Shown: positions 1 through 8,563, counted from the first letter of the stretch. The stretch is 30,157 bases of DNA from an archaeon (GCA_043797265.1 JAZDPV010000009.1:1-30157); one strand, 5' to 3'. The notes: generated by a model not told the origin, from the letters alone. Translations and numbers: made by a program.

Positions 1-2
1 TA

Positions 3-152
3 AAGGATGCTGCTGGTGATTTGGTTATAGGGAAAAGGGGGGATGGTGTGGCGACTTATTTTGATGGAAAGATAGATAATATAATGATTTATGACAGAGG
101 GTTGTTGGGAGAAGAGATAATGGAGATTTATGGGGCGCAGAAGAAAAGTTAA
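3..152 (+). CDS. C-terminal fragment of a LamG/concanavalin-A-like domain protein (5' truncated by the window edge)
   Basis: Manual translation KDAAGDLVIGKRGDGVATYFDGKIDNIMIYDRGLLGEEIMEIYGAQKKS*. F-G-ID--MIY-R-L is the typical LamG C-terminal motif. Confidence 0.8.
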   Translation, partial: KDAAGDLVIGKRGDGVATYFDGKIDNIMIYDRGLLGEEIMEIYGAQKKS

Positions 153-167
153 TTTGATTTTGTTTTA

Positions 168-562
168 GACGGTCCCAAGTTTAATTATGTATGAGGCTGC
201 CAAGATTTTATTCACAAAATGCATTTCGAAAAAGATATTTAGAATTTGTTTTTCTCAAAGCGTTTTGTTCTTTCGTCCCGAACAATTTGTTTATATTAAA
301 TTTAGTCAAACAGCTCGAAACTCATTGGGACTGTCCCAAGTTCAAATATGAGGCTGCCAAGATTTTACTCGCAATTCACTCTAAAATTTTTCAATAAAAA
401 TAATATTGTTGAAAAATTCGAGCAAATTGTTCGCTTGGGACTGTCCCAAGTTCAATATGAGGCTGCCAAGATTTTACTCGCAAAATGCATTTCGAAAAAG
501 ATATTTAGAATTTGTTTTTCTCAAAGCGTTTTGTTCGCTTGGGACTGTCCCAAGTTCAAATA
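168..562. repeat. Tandem tRNA-Ile-derived repeats (3 copies of the tRNA 3' end plus inverted T-arm copies, with palindromic spacers)
   Basis: TGAGGCTGCCAAGATTT occurs at 192, 349, 458 and, in the real tRNA, 563. Each is preceded by (TTGGGACT)GTCCCAAGTT(C/T)AA. The spacers after copies 1 and 3 share about 55 bp. Confidence 0.9.
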
Positions 563-636
563 TGAGGCTGCCAAGATTTGAACTTGGGACCCCCGCCTTA
601 TCAGAGCGGTGCGCTACCGGGCTGCGCCACAGCCTC
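563..636 (-). tRNA. tRNA-Ile (anticodon GAT), CCA not encoded
   Basis: Reverse complement folds to a cloverleaf: acceptor GAGGCTG/CAGCCTC, D stem GCGC/GCGC, anticodon arm CCGCT-CTGATAA-GGCGG, T arm CCAAG-TTCAAAT-CTTGG, discriminator A. Confidence 0.95.
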
Positions 637-659
637 ATATATCATAACTGGAATATCAA

Positions 660-690
660 TTTATAAAAGTTTGGAAGGGAAGTTTTAAAA
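660..690. promoter_or_regulatory. Divergent TATA boxes for tRNA-Ile (-) and rpl15e (+)
   Basis: TTTTATAA on the minus strand at about 661-668, 25-32 nt upstream of the tRNA. TTTTAAAA on the plus strand at 683-690. Confidence 0.55.
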
Positions 691-805
691 AGCAAATTTT
701 AGTGGATGGTTATGGGAATTAAATTTTGGGAACCAAAAGAAAAACGATTGTCTTGTTTTTCCCTTGGAAAAACGCGGGAGTAAAAAGTCCTGTGGATTTT
801 TACTA

Positions 806-1372
806 ATGGGAATTGCGAAATATTTGAGAGCGGCGTGGAAAAAGCCCGACGTGAGAGTTTTGAGGGCGCGGATGACCGAGTGGCGGAAGGCCGGGGCTAT
901 CACGAGAGTGGAGAAGCCGTTGAGGCTGGACAGGGCGCGAAGTTTGGGATACAAGGCGAAGAGGGGTGTTGTCGTCGTTAGGATTAAAATTTTGAGGGGT
1001 GGGCATAAAAAGATGCGGCCGAACAAGGCGAGGCGAACGAAGAGGTTGCATAATAGAAAGAATTTGAAAATGAATTACAAGGAAATTGCGGAGATGAGGG
1101 TGGCGAGAAAGTTTAACAACATGGAAGTTCTTGGGTCGTATTGGGTCGGGAAAGATGGAATGAATTATTTTTATGAAGTGATTTTAGTTGACAGGAATGA
1201 GCCGGGAATTTTGAGCGACAAGGAGTTGGGGAAGTTTGTTGCGGCGCCGAGGGCGAGAGCGATGAGAGGATTGACTTCTGCCGGGAGAAAAGCGAGAGGA
1301 TTGAGGAACTCGTCGGTGAAAGCACCGAAAGTTAGACCGAGTTTGAAGGCAAATCGGAAACGAGGAAATTGA
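806..1372 (+). CDS. rpl15e: 50S ribosomal protein L15e
   Basis: RLDRARSLGYKAKRG, YWVGKDG, YEVILVD and RGLTSAGRK motifs. Start moved from the TTG at 764 to the ATG at 806 (MGIAKYL). Confidence 0.96.
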   Translation: MGIAKYLRAAWKKPDVRVLRARMTEWRKAGAITRVEKPLRLDRARSLGYKAKRGVVVVRIKILRGGHKKMRPNKARRTKRLHNRKNLKMNYKEIAEMRVARKFNNMEVLGSYWVGKDGMNYFYEVILVDRNEPGILSDKELGKFVAAPRARAMRGLTSAGRKARGLRNSSVKAPKVRPSLKANRKRGN

Positions 1373-1404
1373 TTGCATTTACATCTAAATAATTTTACAA
1401 ATTT

Positions 1405-1716
1405 ATGAAAGATATTATTGAGGAAGCGAGGGAGGAGGGACGCTTTAGGGCGGAAATACTTGGTGTAGTCAGGGATATTGAATATGCTATCAAGGTGTAT
1501 GATGGGAGGTCTCGTCCTTCTTGCCCGTACATTGAAAAAATGATTGAGAGGTATGCCGCTTTAATAATTAAAAATAAAAGATTTGAGCATCTTGAAAAAT
1601 ATGGTTTTGCTTTGGAGATAATAGCGACGAGGGGGGAGTTGTCTGAGATAGATAAATGGGGCTTGAAGGCGGCGGAGTTAGAATTGTTAAAATATTCTCA
1701 TCCTGAAGAAATTTAG
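1405..1716 (+). CDS. Hypothetical protein
   Basis: 103-aa ATG ORF filling the gap, AT-rich upstream region, no recognised motif. Confidence 0.6.
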   Translation: MKDIIEEAREEGRFRAEILGVVRDIEYAIKVYDGRSRPSCPYIEKMIERYAALIIKNKRFEHLEKYGFALEIIATRGELSEIDKWGLKAAELELLKYSHPEEI

Positions 1717-1718
1717 TT

Positions 1719-2042
1719 TTATAATTTTTGGTTTAGCCATTGTTTGATTGTGGCTTCGGGTTGGGCGCCGATGAATTCGTCGACGACTTTTCCGTTCTTG
1801 AAAAGCTTGACTGATGGGATTGACATGACGCTATATTTGCTTGTTTGTTCTGGGTTTTTGTCTGTTTCGGCTTTTGCGAGGATGAATTTGCCGTTGAATT
1901 CTTTTGCGAGTTTTTCCAATATTGGTTTTAGCATCGTGCATGGACCGCACCATTCTGCCCAGAAATCGACGAGGACTGGAATTGTTTTTGATTTTTCAAT
2001 TACTTCCCGTTTGAAAGTTATGTCGGTTACATTGAGTTCCAT
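1719..2042 (-). CDS. trxA: Thioredoxin
   Basis: VDFWAEWCGPC active site, SIP cis-Pro motif, FKNG. Confidence 0.96.
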   Translation of the reverse strand: MELNVTDITFKREVIEKSKTIPVLVDFWAEWCGPCTMLKPILEKLAKEFNGKFILAKAETDKNPEQTSKYSVMSIPSVKLFKNGKVVDEFIGAQPEATIKQWLNQKL

Positions 2043-2208
2043 AAATTAATTAAATAATTTTTTTTTATAAAGGTTTGGGAGGTTAACTCGGAAGATATTT
2101 AATTGGGAAGTTATTGATTTAATATGGATTATTTAAATTTGGAGATAGATAGATTGTGAAGCTTGCGCTAAAGCGATAGCTTGCTCAAAAATCTAAAGAT
2201 TTTTTCGG

Positions 2209-3894
2209 ATGGATTATTCGAGAATTTGTGAGATTTACGCGGCGTTGGAGGGGACGACTAAGGGGCTTGAAAAGACGGAGATATTGGCAGGGTTTTTGGA
2301 GGAGATTCGCGGCGAGCCGGAAGTTGTTTATCTTTTGCAGGGAAGATTGTTTGCGGATTATGATAATCGGGAGCTGGGGATTTCACATCAGTTGATGATT
2401 AAGGTGATTTCGCGGACGGCAGGGATTAGCGAGGATGAAGTTGTTAATAAATTTAAGAAGCTTGGGGATTTGGGGAAAGTTGCCGAGGCTGTTTTGGGGA
2501 AGAAGAAGCAGAGGGCGTTGTTTTCCGGGAAGTTGAGTGTTGAGAAAGTTATGGAGAATTTGAGGAAAGTTCCGACTTTTGAGGGGAAGGGGACTGTTGA
2601 TTTGAAGATTGGGTTGATTGTTGAGTTGCTGCATTCGGCGACGCTGGAGGAGGCGAAATATATTGTGAGGACGGTTTTGGGGGATTTGAAGATTGGAGTT
2701 GGCTCGGGGATTTTGCGGGACGCGATTGTCGTTAATTGTTTTAAACCGAAGAATTTGGAGGACAAGAAAATTTGCGTGAAGGCGGTTCAGGAAGCGTATG
2801 ATAAAGTGACGGATTTTGCTGAGGTTTTTTCCCGGGCTTGTTTGGATAGTTTGGAGAAAATAAAACTGAAGCCGGGGAGGCCGGTGAAGGTTATGTTGTT
2901 TCCGAAGGCGAAAGATGTCGAGGATGCGTTTAGGATTGTCGGGCGACCGGCGGCGTTTGAGTATAAGTATGACGGGTTTCGGGTCATGGTGAATAAAGAT
3001 AGGAATGGGAAGATTAAAATTTTTACCCGACGACTTGAAGAAGTTACTGCGCAGTTTCCAGATATTGTGAAGTATGTGAAGGAGAATGTCGACGGAGAAA
3101 GTTTTATTTTGGATGCGGAGGCGGTTGGGTTTGATGCGGAGACGGGGAAGTATACGGATTTTCAGGCGATTAGCCAGAGGATTAAGCGAAAGTATGAGAT
3201 TGATGAAATGATTGCGAAGCTGCCGATTGAATTGACGATTTTCGACGTGATTTATTATAATGGCGAGAGTTTAATTGATGCGGCGTTTAGCGAGAGACGG
3301 GCGTTGATTGAGAGGATTGTTCGGGAGGACGAGAAGCGGATTGTTTTGGCGAAGCAGATTATTACCGACGACGACAAGGTTGTCGAAAAATTTTATGAGG
3401 TGGCGTTGGCCGAGAATCAGGAAGGACTGATGGGGAAGAGTTTGTCGGCGCCGTATAAGCCCGGGGCTCGTGTTGGTTACGCGGTGAAGTTGAAGCCGGA
3501 GGATAATGATTTTGATTTGGTTATTACCGGGGCTGAGTGGGGGACGGGGAAACGAGCGGGAAGTTTGACTTCGTTTGATGTTGCCTGTCGAGATGATGGA
3601 AAGTTGCTGGAAATTGGGAAAGTGTCGACGGGATTGAAAGAAAAACCTGAAGAGGGATTTAGTTTTGGGGAGATGACGGATATGCTGGAAAAGTTGGTTG
3701 TTGAGATTGAGGGGCGGAAGATTAAAGTTCGGCCGAAGATTGTCGTGACGGTTCAGTATCAGAATGTACAGAGGTCGCCGACATATTCTTCGGGTTATGC
3801 GTTGAGGTTTCCGAGAATTTTGAGATTGAGAGAGGATAGGGGCGTTGATGATATTGCGACGCTGGATGAGATTGAGGATGTTGTGGCATCTTAG
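2209..3894 (+). CDS. lig: ATP-dependent DNA ligase
   Basis: Motif I EYKYDGFR, EGLMGK, and C-terminal OB-fold ALRFPR..RLREDR. Confidence 0.97.
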   Translation: MDYSRICEIYAALEGTTKGLEKTEILAGFLEEIRGEPEVVYLLQGRLFADYDNRELGISHQLMIKVISRTAGISEDEVVNKFKKLGDLGKVAEAVLGKKKQRALFSGKLSVEKVMENLRKVPTFEGKGTVDLKIGLIVELLHSATLEEAKYIVRTVLGDLKIGVGSGILRDAIVVNCFKPKNLEDKKICVKAVQEAYDKVTDFAEVFSRACLDSLEKIKLKPGRPVKVMLFPKAKDVEDAFRIVGRPAAFEYKYDGFRVMVNKDRNGKIKIFTRRLEEVTAQFPDIVKYVKENVDGESFILDAEAVGFDAETGKYTDFQAISQRIKRKYEIDEMIAKLPIELTIFDVIYYNGESLIDAAFSERRALIERIVREDEKRIVLAKQIITDDDKVVEKFYEVALAENQEGLMGKSLSAPYKPGARVGYAVKLKPEDNDFDLVITGAEWGTGKRAGSLTSFDVACRDDGKLLEIGKVSTGLKEKPEEGFSFGEMTDMLEKLVVEIEGRKIKVRPKIVVTVQYQNVQRSPTYSSGYALRFPRILRLREDRGVDDIATLDEIEDVVAS

Positions 3895-4056
3895 TTCGCT
3901 TTGTTGGAAGTAGGAGTGTGTTGGTTATTGCGTATTTGGAAACGTTTTATGATAAAGTTTCTCGGAAATGTTTATAAAGGAAATTTTTTATAGTATCTTA
4001 TGATAGTAGCGAAAATAAATTCTTTTGGAATTTTCATGTTTCAATTTTATGTTTAG

Positions 4057-4647
4057 ATGGGGAAGGATACTTTTTTGAAAATTCAGAATATTGTTGCGAC
4101 GGCTTCTTTGGGTAAAGATGTTTCGTTGACGAAATTGGCGAGGACGCAGCCGAACACGGAATATAATCCTGATACTTTTCCGGGTTTGATTTTGAGAGTG
4201 AAGAAGCCGAAGAGTGCGGTGCTGGTTTTCTCGTCGGGAAATTTGGTTTGCACGGGGACGAAGTCGGTGGCGCAGGTTCGGGACGTTGTTCAGCAGGTGA
4301 TTAGGCAGCTGAGGAAGATTGGGGTGAATGTGACGATTAAGCCGAAAATTACGGTGCAGAATGTTGTGGCGTCGGGAGCGATTAGTCTGGATTTGAATTT
4401 GAATGTTTTGGCGCTGGAGCTGGAAAATACTGAATATGAGCCGGAGCAATTTCCTGGGCTGGTTTACAAATTGGAAAATCCGACGGCGACGTTTTTGCTT
4501 TTTTCGAATGGGAAGTTGGTTTGCACGGGGACGAAAAATCGGGCGCAACTTGATGATTCGATTGTGCAGTTGAACAAGAATGTTCGAGCGGCGTTGAAGA
4601 GGATTAAGGAAATGGGGAAGAAGAAATCTGGGGAAGAAGAATTTTAG
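4057..4647 (+). CDS. tbp: TATA-box binding protein
   Basis: Two TBP repeats: IQNIVAT...YNPDTFPGL...FSSGNLVCTG and VQNVVAS...YEPEQFPGL...FSNGKLVCTG. Confidence 0.98.
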   Translation: MGKDTFLKIQNIVATASLGKDVSLTKLARTQPNTEYNPDTFPGLILRVKKPKSAVLVFSSGNLVCTGTKSVAQVRDVVQQVIRQLRKIGVNVTIKPKITVQNVVASGAISLDLNLNVLALELENTEYEPEQFPGLVYKLENPTATFLLFSNGKLVCTGTKNRAQLDDSIVQLNKNVRAALKRIKEMGKKKSGEEEF

Positions 4648-4710
4648 AATTGTTTGATGTATATTATGAAGGATAATAGTTTTTATATAGGGTTGGTTTG
4701 TTTTTTTGGC

Positions 4711-5676
4711 ATGGATAGTGAGGTGTTGATTCTTGCTGACCCGAAAGGCAAGGCGTGGAATTTTGCGAGGAGCATCTACAATGTGTTGAATTCTGATCCG
4801 GAGCGTCTTGTAAAATATCGGCTTGGGGAAGTTGAGATTAAGAAATTTAACGACGGGGAAATTTTTGTGAAGGTGATGGTTAATGTTCGGAAGAAAAATT
4901 GTTTTTTTGTGCATGATTCTTCGATGGGGGCGCAGGACTGGGCGATGGCTTTGGCGGAAGTTAATGATGCTCTGGTCAGGAGTTCGGCCGGGATAGTTTA
5001 TAATGTTTTGCCGTATATGAAATTTTCGAGGCAGGACAGGATGACTGAGCCGCGGACGCCGATTAGTGCCGGGGTGATGGCGAGAATAATTGAAATGGAA
5101 GCGGATGGTGTCATCACGACTGATTTGCATAATCCTGCGACGACCTGTGCTTACAAAATTCCTTTTGATAATTTGAAGGCTTATCCGACGATAATTAAAT
5201 ATTTATCTGAAAAGTATTCGGATTTTTTGAAGAATTTGATTGTTGTTGCTCCGGATGTTGGGGGCGCGGAGATGGCGAAGTCGTATGCGAAGAGACTGAT
5301 GTGTGATGTTGCGATAACGAACAAGACGCGCGAGAGGGCGGGGGTCGTTGGCGAGATGACGCTTATTGGAGACGTGAGGGGGAAAGATGTTTTGGTTGTT
5401 GATGATATAATTGACACGGCTGGGACGATTTGCAAAGCGGCGAGAATCTTGAAGGAGAAGGGGGCTGTCAAAATTTGGGCTTGTGCGACTCACGGGCTTT
5501 TTAGCGGGGGTGCTTTTAGTAATTTGGATTTGTCGTGTTTTGATAAAGTGATAGTCAGCGATTCTATCCCGCAGAAGGAACACGGGAAGGTTGAGATTGT
5601 TTCTTTGGTTGGCTTGTTTGCGGAAGCGATTGGACGGATTGCGCATGGGCGGAGCGTGAGTGAGTTGTTTAGGTAG
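4711..5676 (+). CDS. prs: Ribose-phosphate pyrophosphokinase (PRPP synthetase)
   Basis: FNDGE, PYMKFSRQDR, DLH, VVAPDVGG and VDDIIDTAGT. The ATG at 4711 is preferred because a TTTATATA box lies at about 4682-4689. Confidence 0.93.
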   Translation: MDSEVLILADPKGKAWNFARSIYNVLNSDPERLVKYRLGEVEIKKFNDGEIFVKVMVNVRKKNCFFVHDSSMGAQDWAMALAEVNDALVRSSAGIVYNVLPYMKFSRQDRMTEPRTPISAGVMARIIEMEADGVITTDLHNPATTCAYKIPFDNLKAYPTIIKYLSEKYSDFLKNLIVVAPDVGGAEMAKSYAKRLMCDVAITNKTRERAGVVGEMTLIGDVRGKDVLVVDDIIDTAGTICKAARILKEKGAVKIWACATHGLFSGGAFSNLDLSCFDKVIVSDSIPQKEHGKVEIVSLVGLFAEAIGRIAHGRSVSELFR

Positions 5677-5751
5677 AAAATAAAGTAGCAGGATTAAAAG
5701 GATTTTAGGAATTTTGGGTAATTTTATTAATGAAGATTGCCTGATTGGTTT

Positions 5752-6117
5752 ATGAAATTTCGGGAGTTTGTTTTGTCGACGGGGCGGAAAATTTTTGGAG
5801 GGAGGAGCGCGGAGAGTAATGACGAGTTGGTTGGCTTGGCTGGGATGAATGATGTGATGTTGCATACGTCGGCGCCGGGAAGTCCGTTTGTTAATGTTGG
5901 GGAGAGGCCGACGAAGAAAGAGATTAAAGAGGCGGCGGTTTTTTGCGCGAAGTATTCTCAGGATTGGCGAGATGGTAAGAAGGATGTTGTTGTGAATAAA
6001 TTTTTGCGGAGGGATATGAGGAAGGGTTTGTTTGCGAAAGCTGGTTCGTGGAATGTGAAGAAACAGGAGAAGATGGTTGTGAAGGCTGTGGATGTTTTGG
6101 GGTTTGGGAATAATTAG
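5752..6117 (+). CDS. NFACT RNA-binding domain (DUF814-like) protein
   Basis: GRSAESNDEL, LHTSAPGSP and EAAVFCAKYS resemble NFACT-R. Start probably the ATG at 5752. Confidence 0.75.
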   Translation: MKFREFVLSTGRKIFGGRSAESNDELVGLAGMNDVMLHTSAPGSPFVNVGERPTKKEIKEAAVFCAKYSQDWRDGKKDVVVNKFLRRDMRKGLFAKAGSWNVKKQEKMVVKAVDVLGFGNN

Positions 6118-6150
6118 CACGCGGATAAACGCGGGATGAATGCGGATTTT

Positions 6151-6975
6151 TTATTTTGGTTGGAGATTTTTCAGAACTACTTCTTTCATTGTTTTGATTG
6201 GGGGTTCTATTCCTAACCAAATTCGAAGGGATTGGGCGCCTTGGTGGACGAGCATGTTTACTCCGGAGATTGTTTTACAGCCGATTTCTTCGGCGTCTTT
6301 AATTAGTTTTGTTTTGAGCGGGTTATAAACAGCGTCGAAGATTATGTGATTTGGTTTTAGAAATTCTTTTGGGATTGGGGATTCGTTTTCGTTTGGGTGC
6401 ATTCCGATTGAAGTTGTGTTGACGATTAGTAAGTAGGGGGTAGTGAGGAATTGTTTTAGGGATTCGTAGTCGTAGTCGATTATTGTTGCGTTGAGGTTAA
6501 GTTGTTGGTTTAGGTCGAGTGCTTTTTGTTTTGTTCGGTTTGTCAGGAAAATTTTTGCGTTTGAATTTTTTAGAGAAGTTAGGATTGCGCGGGATGCTCC
6601 GCCGGCGCCGAGGACGAGGACGTTTTTGTTTTCGAGATTTATGTTTTCTTCCTTGAAAGAATTTTGGAAGCCAACCCAGTCGGTGTTGTCGCCGATTTTC
6701 GTTTTACCGAATGTAATTGTATTTACGGCCTGGATTTGTTTTGCTTCGTTTTTTATTTCGTCGAGGTATTTCATTACTTCGACTTTGTGCGGGATTGTGA
6801 CGTTGAGCCCGTCGTAGTTATTTGTTTTTATGAAGTTTTCTAAATCGTTTGGACTAACGTCGACGGTGTCGTATGTGTGCGGGAGGTTTAATTCCCTGAA
6901 TACTGCTTCGTGCATTGGTTTTGATAGGGAGTGCGCGATTGGGTGGCCGATGACGGCGAATTTTTTTGATTGCAT
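6151..6975 (-). CDS. aroE: Shikimate dehydrogenase
   Basis: GHPIAHSLS, NVTIPHK, AVNT, NTD, LGAGGASRA, NTTSIGM, DAVYNP and MLVHQGA. Confidence 0.96.
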   Translation of the reverse strand: MQSKKFAVIGHPIAHSLSKPMHEAVFRELNLPHTYDTVDVSPNDLENFIKTNNYDGLNVTIPHKVEVMKYLDEIKNEAKQIQAVNTITFGKTKIGDNTDWVGFQNSFKEENINLENKNVLVLGAGGASRAILTSLKNSNAKIFLTNRTKQKALDLNQQLNLNATIIDYDYESLKQFLTTPYLLIVNTTSIGMHPNENESPIPKEFLKPNHIIFDAVYNPLKTKLIKDAEEIGCKTISGVNMLVHQGAQSLRIWLGIEPPIKTMKEVVLKNLQPK

Positions 6976-7050
6976 TTAGTAGGAAGATTTAAGAGGTTTA
7001 AGAAACTTTTTGTTGGAAAGGTTTATATATCAACTGATATACATAATAAT

Positions 7051-7332
7051 ATGTTGAAACAAAAATTGAAAAATCCGCTGATGAGAAGTCCGACGCTGAA
7101 TACTGTGTTGACGATAGAGAGAACTATTGAAAAATATAGTGGAGAATTTAATCGGACTGATTTATGGAAAAAATTACCGAAGAAGGTAATGTGGCAGACT
7201 TATCTTATTGTTTTGGATTATTTACAGAGCATAAATAAAATTGCTTTTGATAGAAATGGGACAGTGGGATATATCTGGTGCCCGAAGCTCGCGAAGATTG
7301 TTTCTAAAATGCCCGTGGTGAAATATGGTTAA
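7051..7332 (+). CDS. Winged-helix-like protein, putative antitoxin (paralog of 18185-18454)
   Basis: PTLNTV...KLP..V......+L+YL...NKIA is shared with the paralog. Overlaps the downstream RelE-like gene. TATA box at about 7022-7029 supports the start at 7051. Confidence 0.65.
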   Translation: MLKQKLKNPLMRSPTLNTVLTIERTIEKYSGEFNRTDLWKKLPKKVMWQTYLIVLDYLQSINKIAFDRNGTVGYIWCPKLAKIVSKMPVVKYG

Positions 7333-7654
7333 GCCTTCTGATGTGAAGTTTATTTCTATGGAATTAAAAAATAATTTCGATTCTATGGATGATGACGACC
7401 CCGTTAAGAAAGCTATTGTGAGGGCTATGAAAAATTTGAGCGATAATGCTTTTTCTGGGGTACAAATTCCAAAGAGACTTTTTCCTGAAGATTATATCCA
7501 AAAGTATGGAATAACCAATTTGTGGAAGTATGATTTACCCAATGCTTGGCGTCTTCTTTACGCGATAACTATCGAGGGAGATGTGCGATTGATTTCAGTT
7601 ATTCTTGACTGGTTTAGTCATAAAGATTATGAGAGGAAATTTAATTATGGTTAA
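7325..7654 (+). CDS. RelE/ParE-like putative toxin
   Basis: NLWKYDLPNAWRLLY..., C-terminal ILDWFSHKDYERKF, RelE-like size and pattern. Paralog of 17844-18188. Confidence 0.65.
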   Translation: MVKPSDVKFISMELKNNFDSMDDDDPVKKAIVRAMKNLSDNAFSGVQIPKRLFPEDYIQKYGITNLWKYDLPNAWRLLYAITIEGDVRLISVILDWFSHKDYERKFNYG

Positions 7655-7895
7655 GCCGATTAAGAGATTGCAGCTTGGGAAGGCGGGGTTGAGTGGCGCG
7701 TTTGTCGAGCAGGTCCGAAGTGTTTTTGAGGGTGAGAAAATTTTAAAGATTAGTATTTTGAAGTCGGCGTGTCGGAACAAAAAAGATGCCGAGGAGATTG
7801 GGCGGAAGTTGGTCGGGATGCTTGGGAAGAAGTTTGATTATAAGTTGGTCGGGTATGTTTTGACGGTGATTAAGTTTAGGAAAGAAAGGCGGTAA
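7647..7895 (+). CDS. YhbY/CRM-domain RNA-binding protein
   Basis: LQLGKAGL...ILKISILKS...LVGYVL fits the CRM pattern. Sits in the usual position upstream of rps19e. Confidence 0.75.
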   Translation: MVKPIKRLQLGKAGLSGAFVEQVRSVFEGEKILKISILKSACRNKKDAEEIGRKLVGMLGKKFDYKLVGYVLTVIKFRKERR

Positions 7896-8008
7896 GTTTA
7901 TATAGTGAATTTTTTATTTGTTTTTAGTTAACGGGTTTCGGCCTGTCTATCTCCGAGAGGAGAGCCGAGTTGGATGGTAGTTAGTAGTAAGTAGTTGGTG
8001 AGAAGAAA

Positions 8009-8563
8009 ATGACTAAGAAAATATTCGCGAAAAATCCTGAGAAGTTTGTGCCAGCTTTGGCTGCGAAGTTGAAAGAGATGCCAGAGTTTGCGATTCCGGA
8101 TTGGGCTCGATTTGTTAAGTCGGGGGTTTCGAGAGAGAGGCCACCGGTTGATGATGATTTTTGGCATGTTAGGGCGGCGAGTATTTTGAGGCAATTGTAT
8201 ATTCGTGGTGTCGTCGGTGTTGGGCGATTGAGAACGCGTTATGGTTCGAGGAAGGACCGCGGGGGGAGTCCGGACAAGTTTAGAAAGGCGAGCGGGAAAA
8301 TTATTCGGGTTATTTTACAACAGGGTGAGGCGGCTGGGTTGGTTGAAAAGGTTGACAGATTTCAACATGGTCGGAGATTGACGGCGAGGGGACGGGAGTT
8401 TTTGGATTCTATTGATTTTGAGGATAACGAGTGGAAGGGGATTGATAGTGAAGGGTGGACGGTGGCGTCACCTATGGCAATGCAGACGTCAGATGTTGGG
8501 ACTCAGAATTCGGAAGATGAAGGGGTTGAAATAAATAATGAGGTCGGGGAAAATGACAAGTAG
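8009..8563 (+). CDS. rps19e: 30S ribosomal protein S19e with acidic C-terminal extension
   Basis: PDWARFVKSG, RAASILRQLY, ASGKIIRVILQQ and GRRLT..G..FLD. Confidence 0.96.
   Translation: MTKKIFAKNPEKFVPALAAKLKEMPEFAIPDWARFVKSGVSRERPPVDDDFWHVRAASILRQLYIRGVVGVGRLRTRYGSRKDRGGSPDKFRKASGKIIRVILQQGEAAGLVEKVDRFQHGRRLTARGREFLDSIDFEDNEWKGIDSEGWTVASPMAMQTSDVGTQNSEDEGVEINNEVGENDK

Noticed and set aside
168-590. CRISPR array
   Set aside because: The repeat is tRNA-derived, spacers are long, unequal and palindromic, two are near-identical, and no cas genes are in the window.
191-666. Three short ORFs beginning MRLPRF or MLKN
   Set aside because: They are translations of the tRNA repeats and of the tRNA antisense strand.
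2159-2207. Small TAAA-loop hairpins upstream of the ligase gene
   Set aside because: Short and AT-rich; no function can be supported from the sequence alone.
3988-6120. Long minus-strand ORFs of 380 and 305 aa
   Set aside because: They are shadows of tbp, prs and the NFACT-R gene, with no motifs and a composition explained by strand skew. Unlike the nested PIN pair, they show no family signature.
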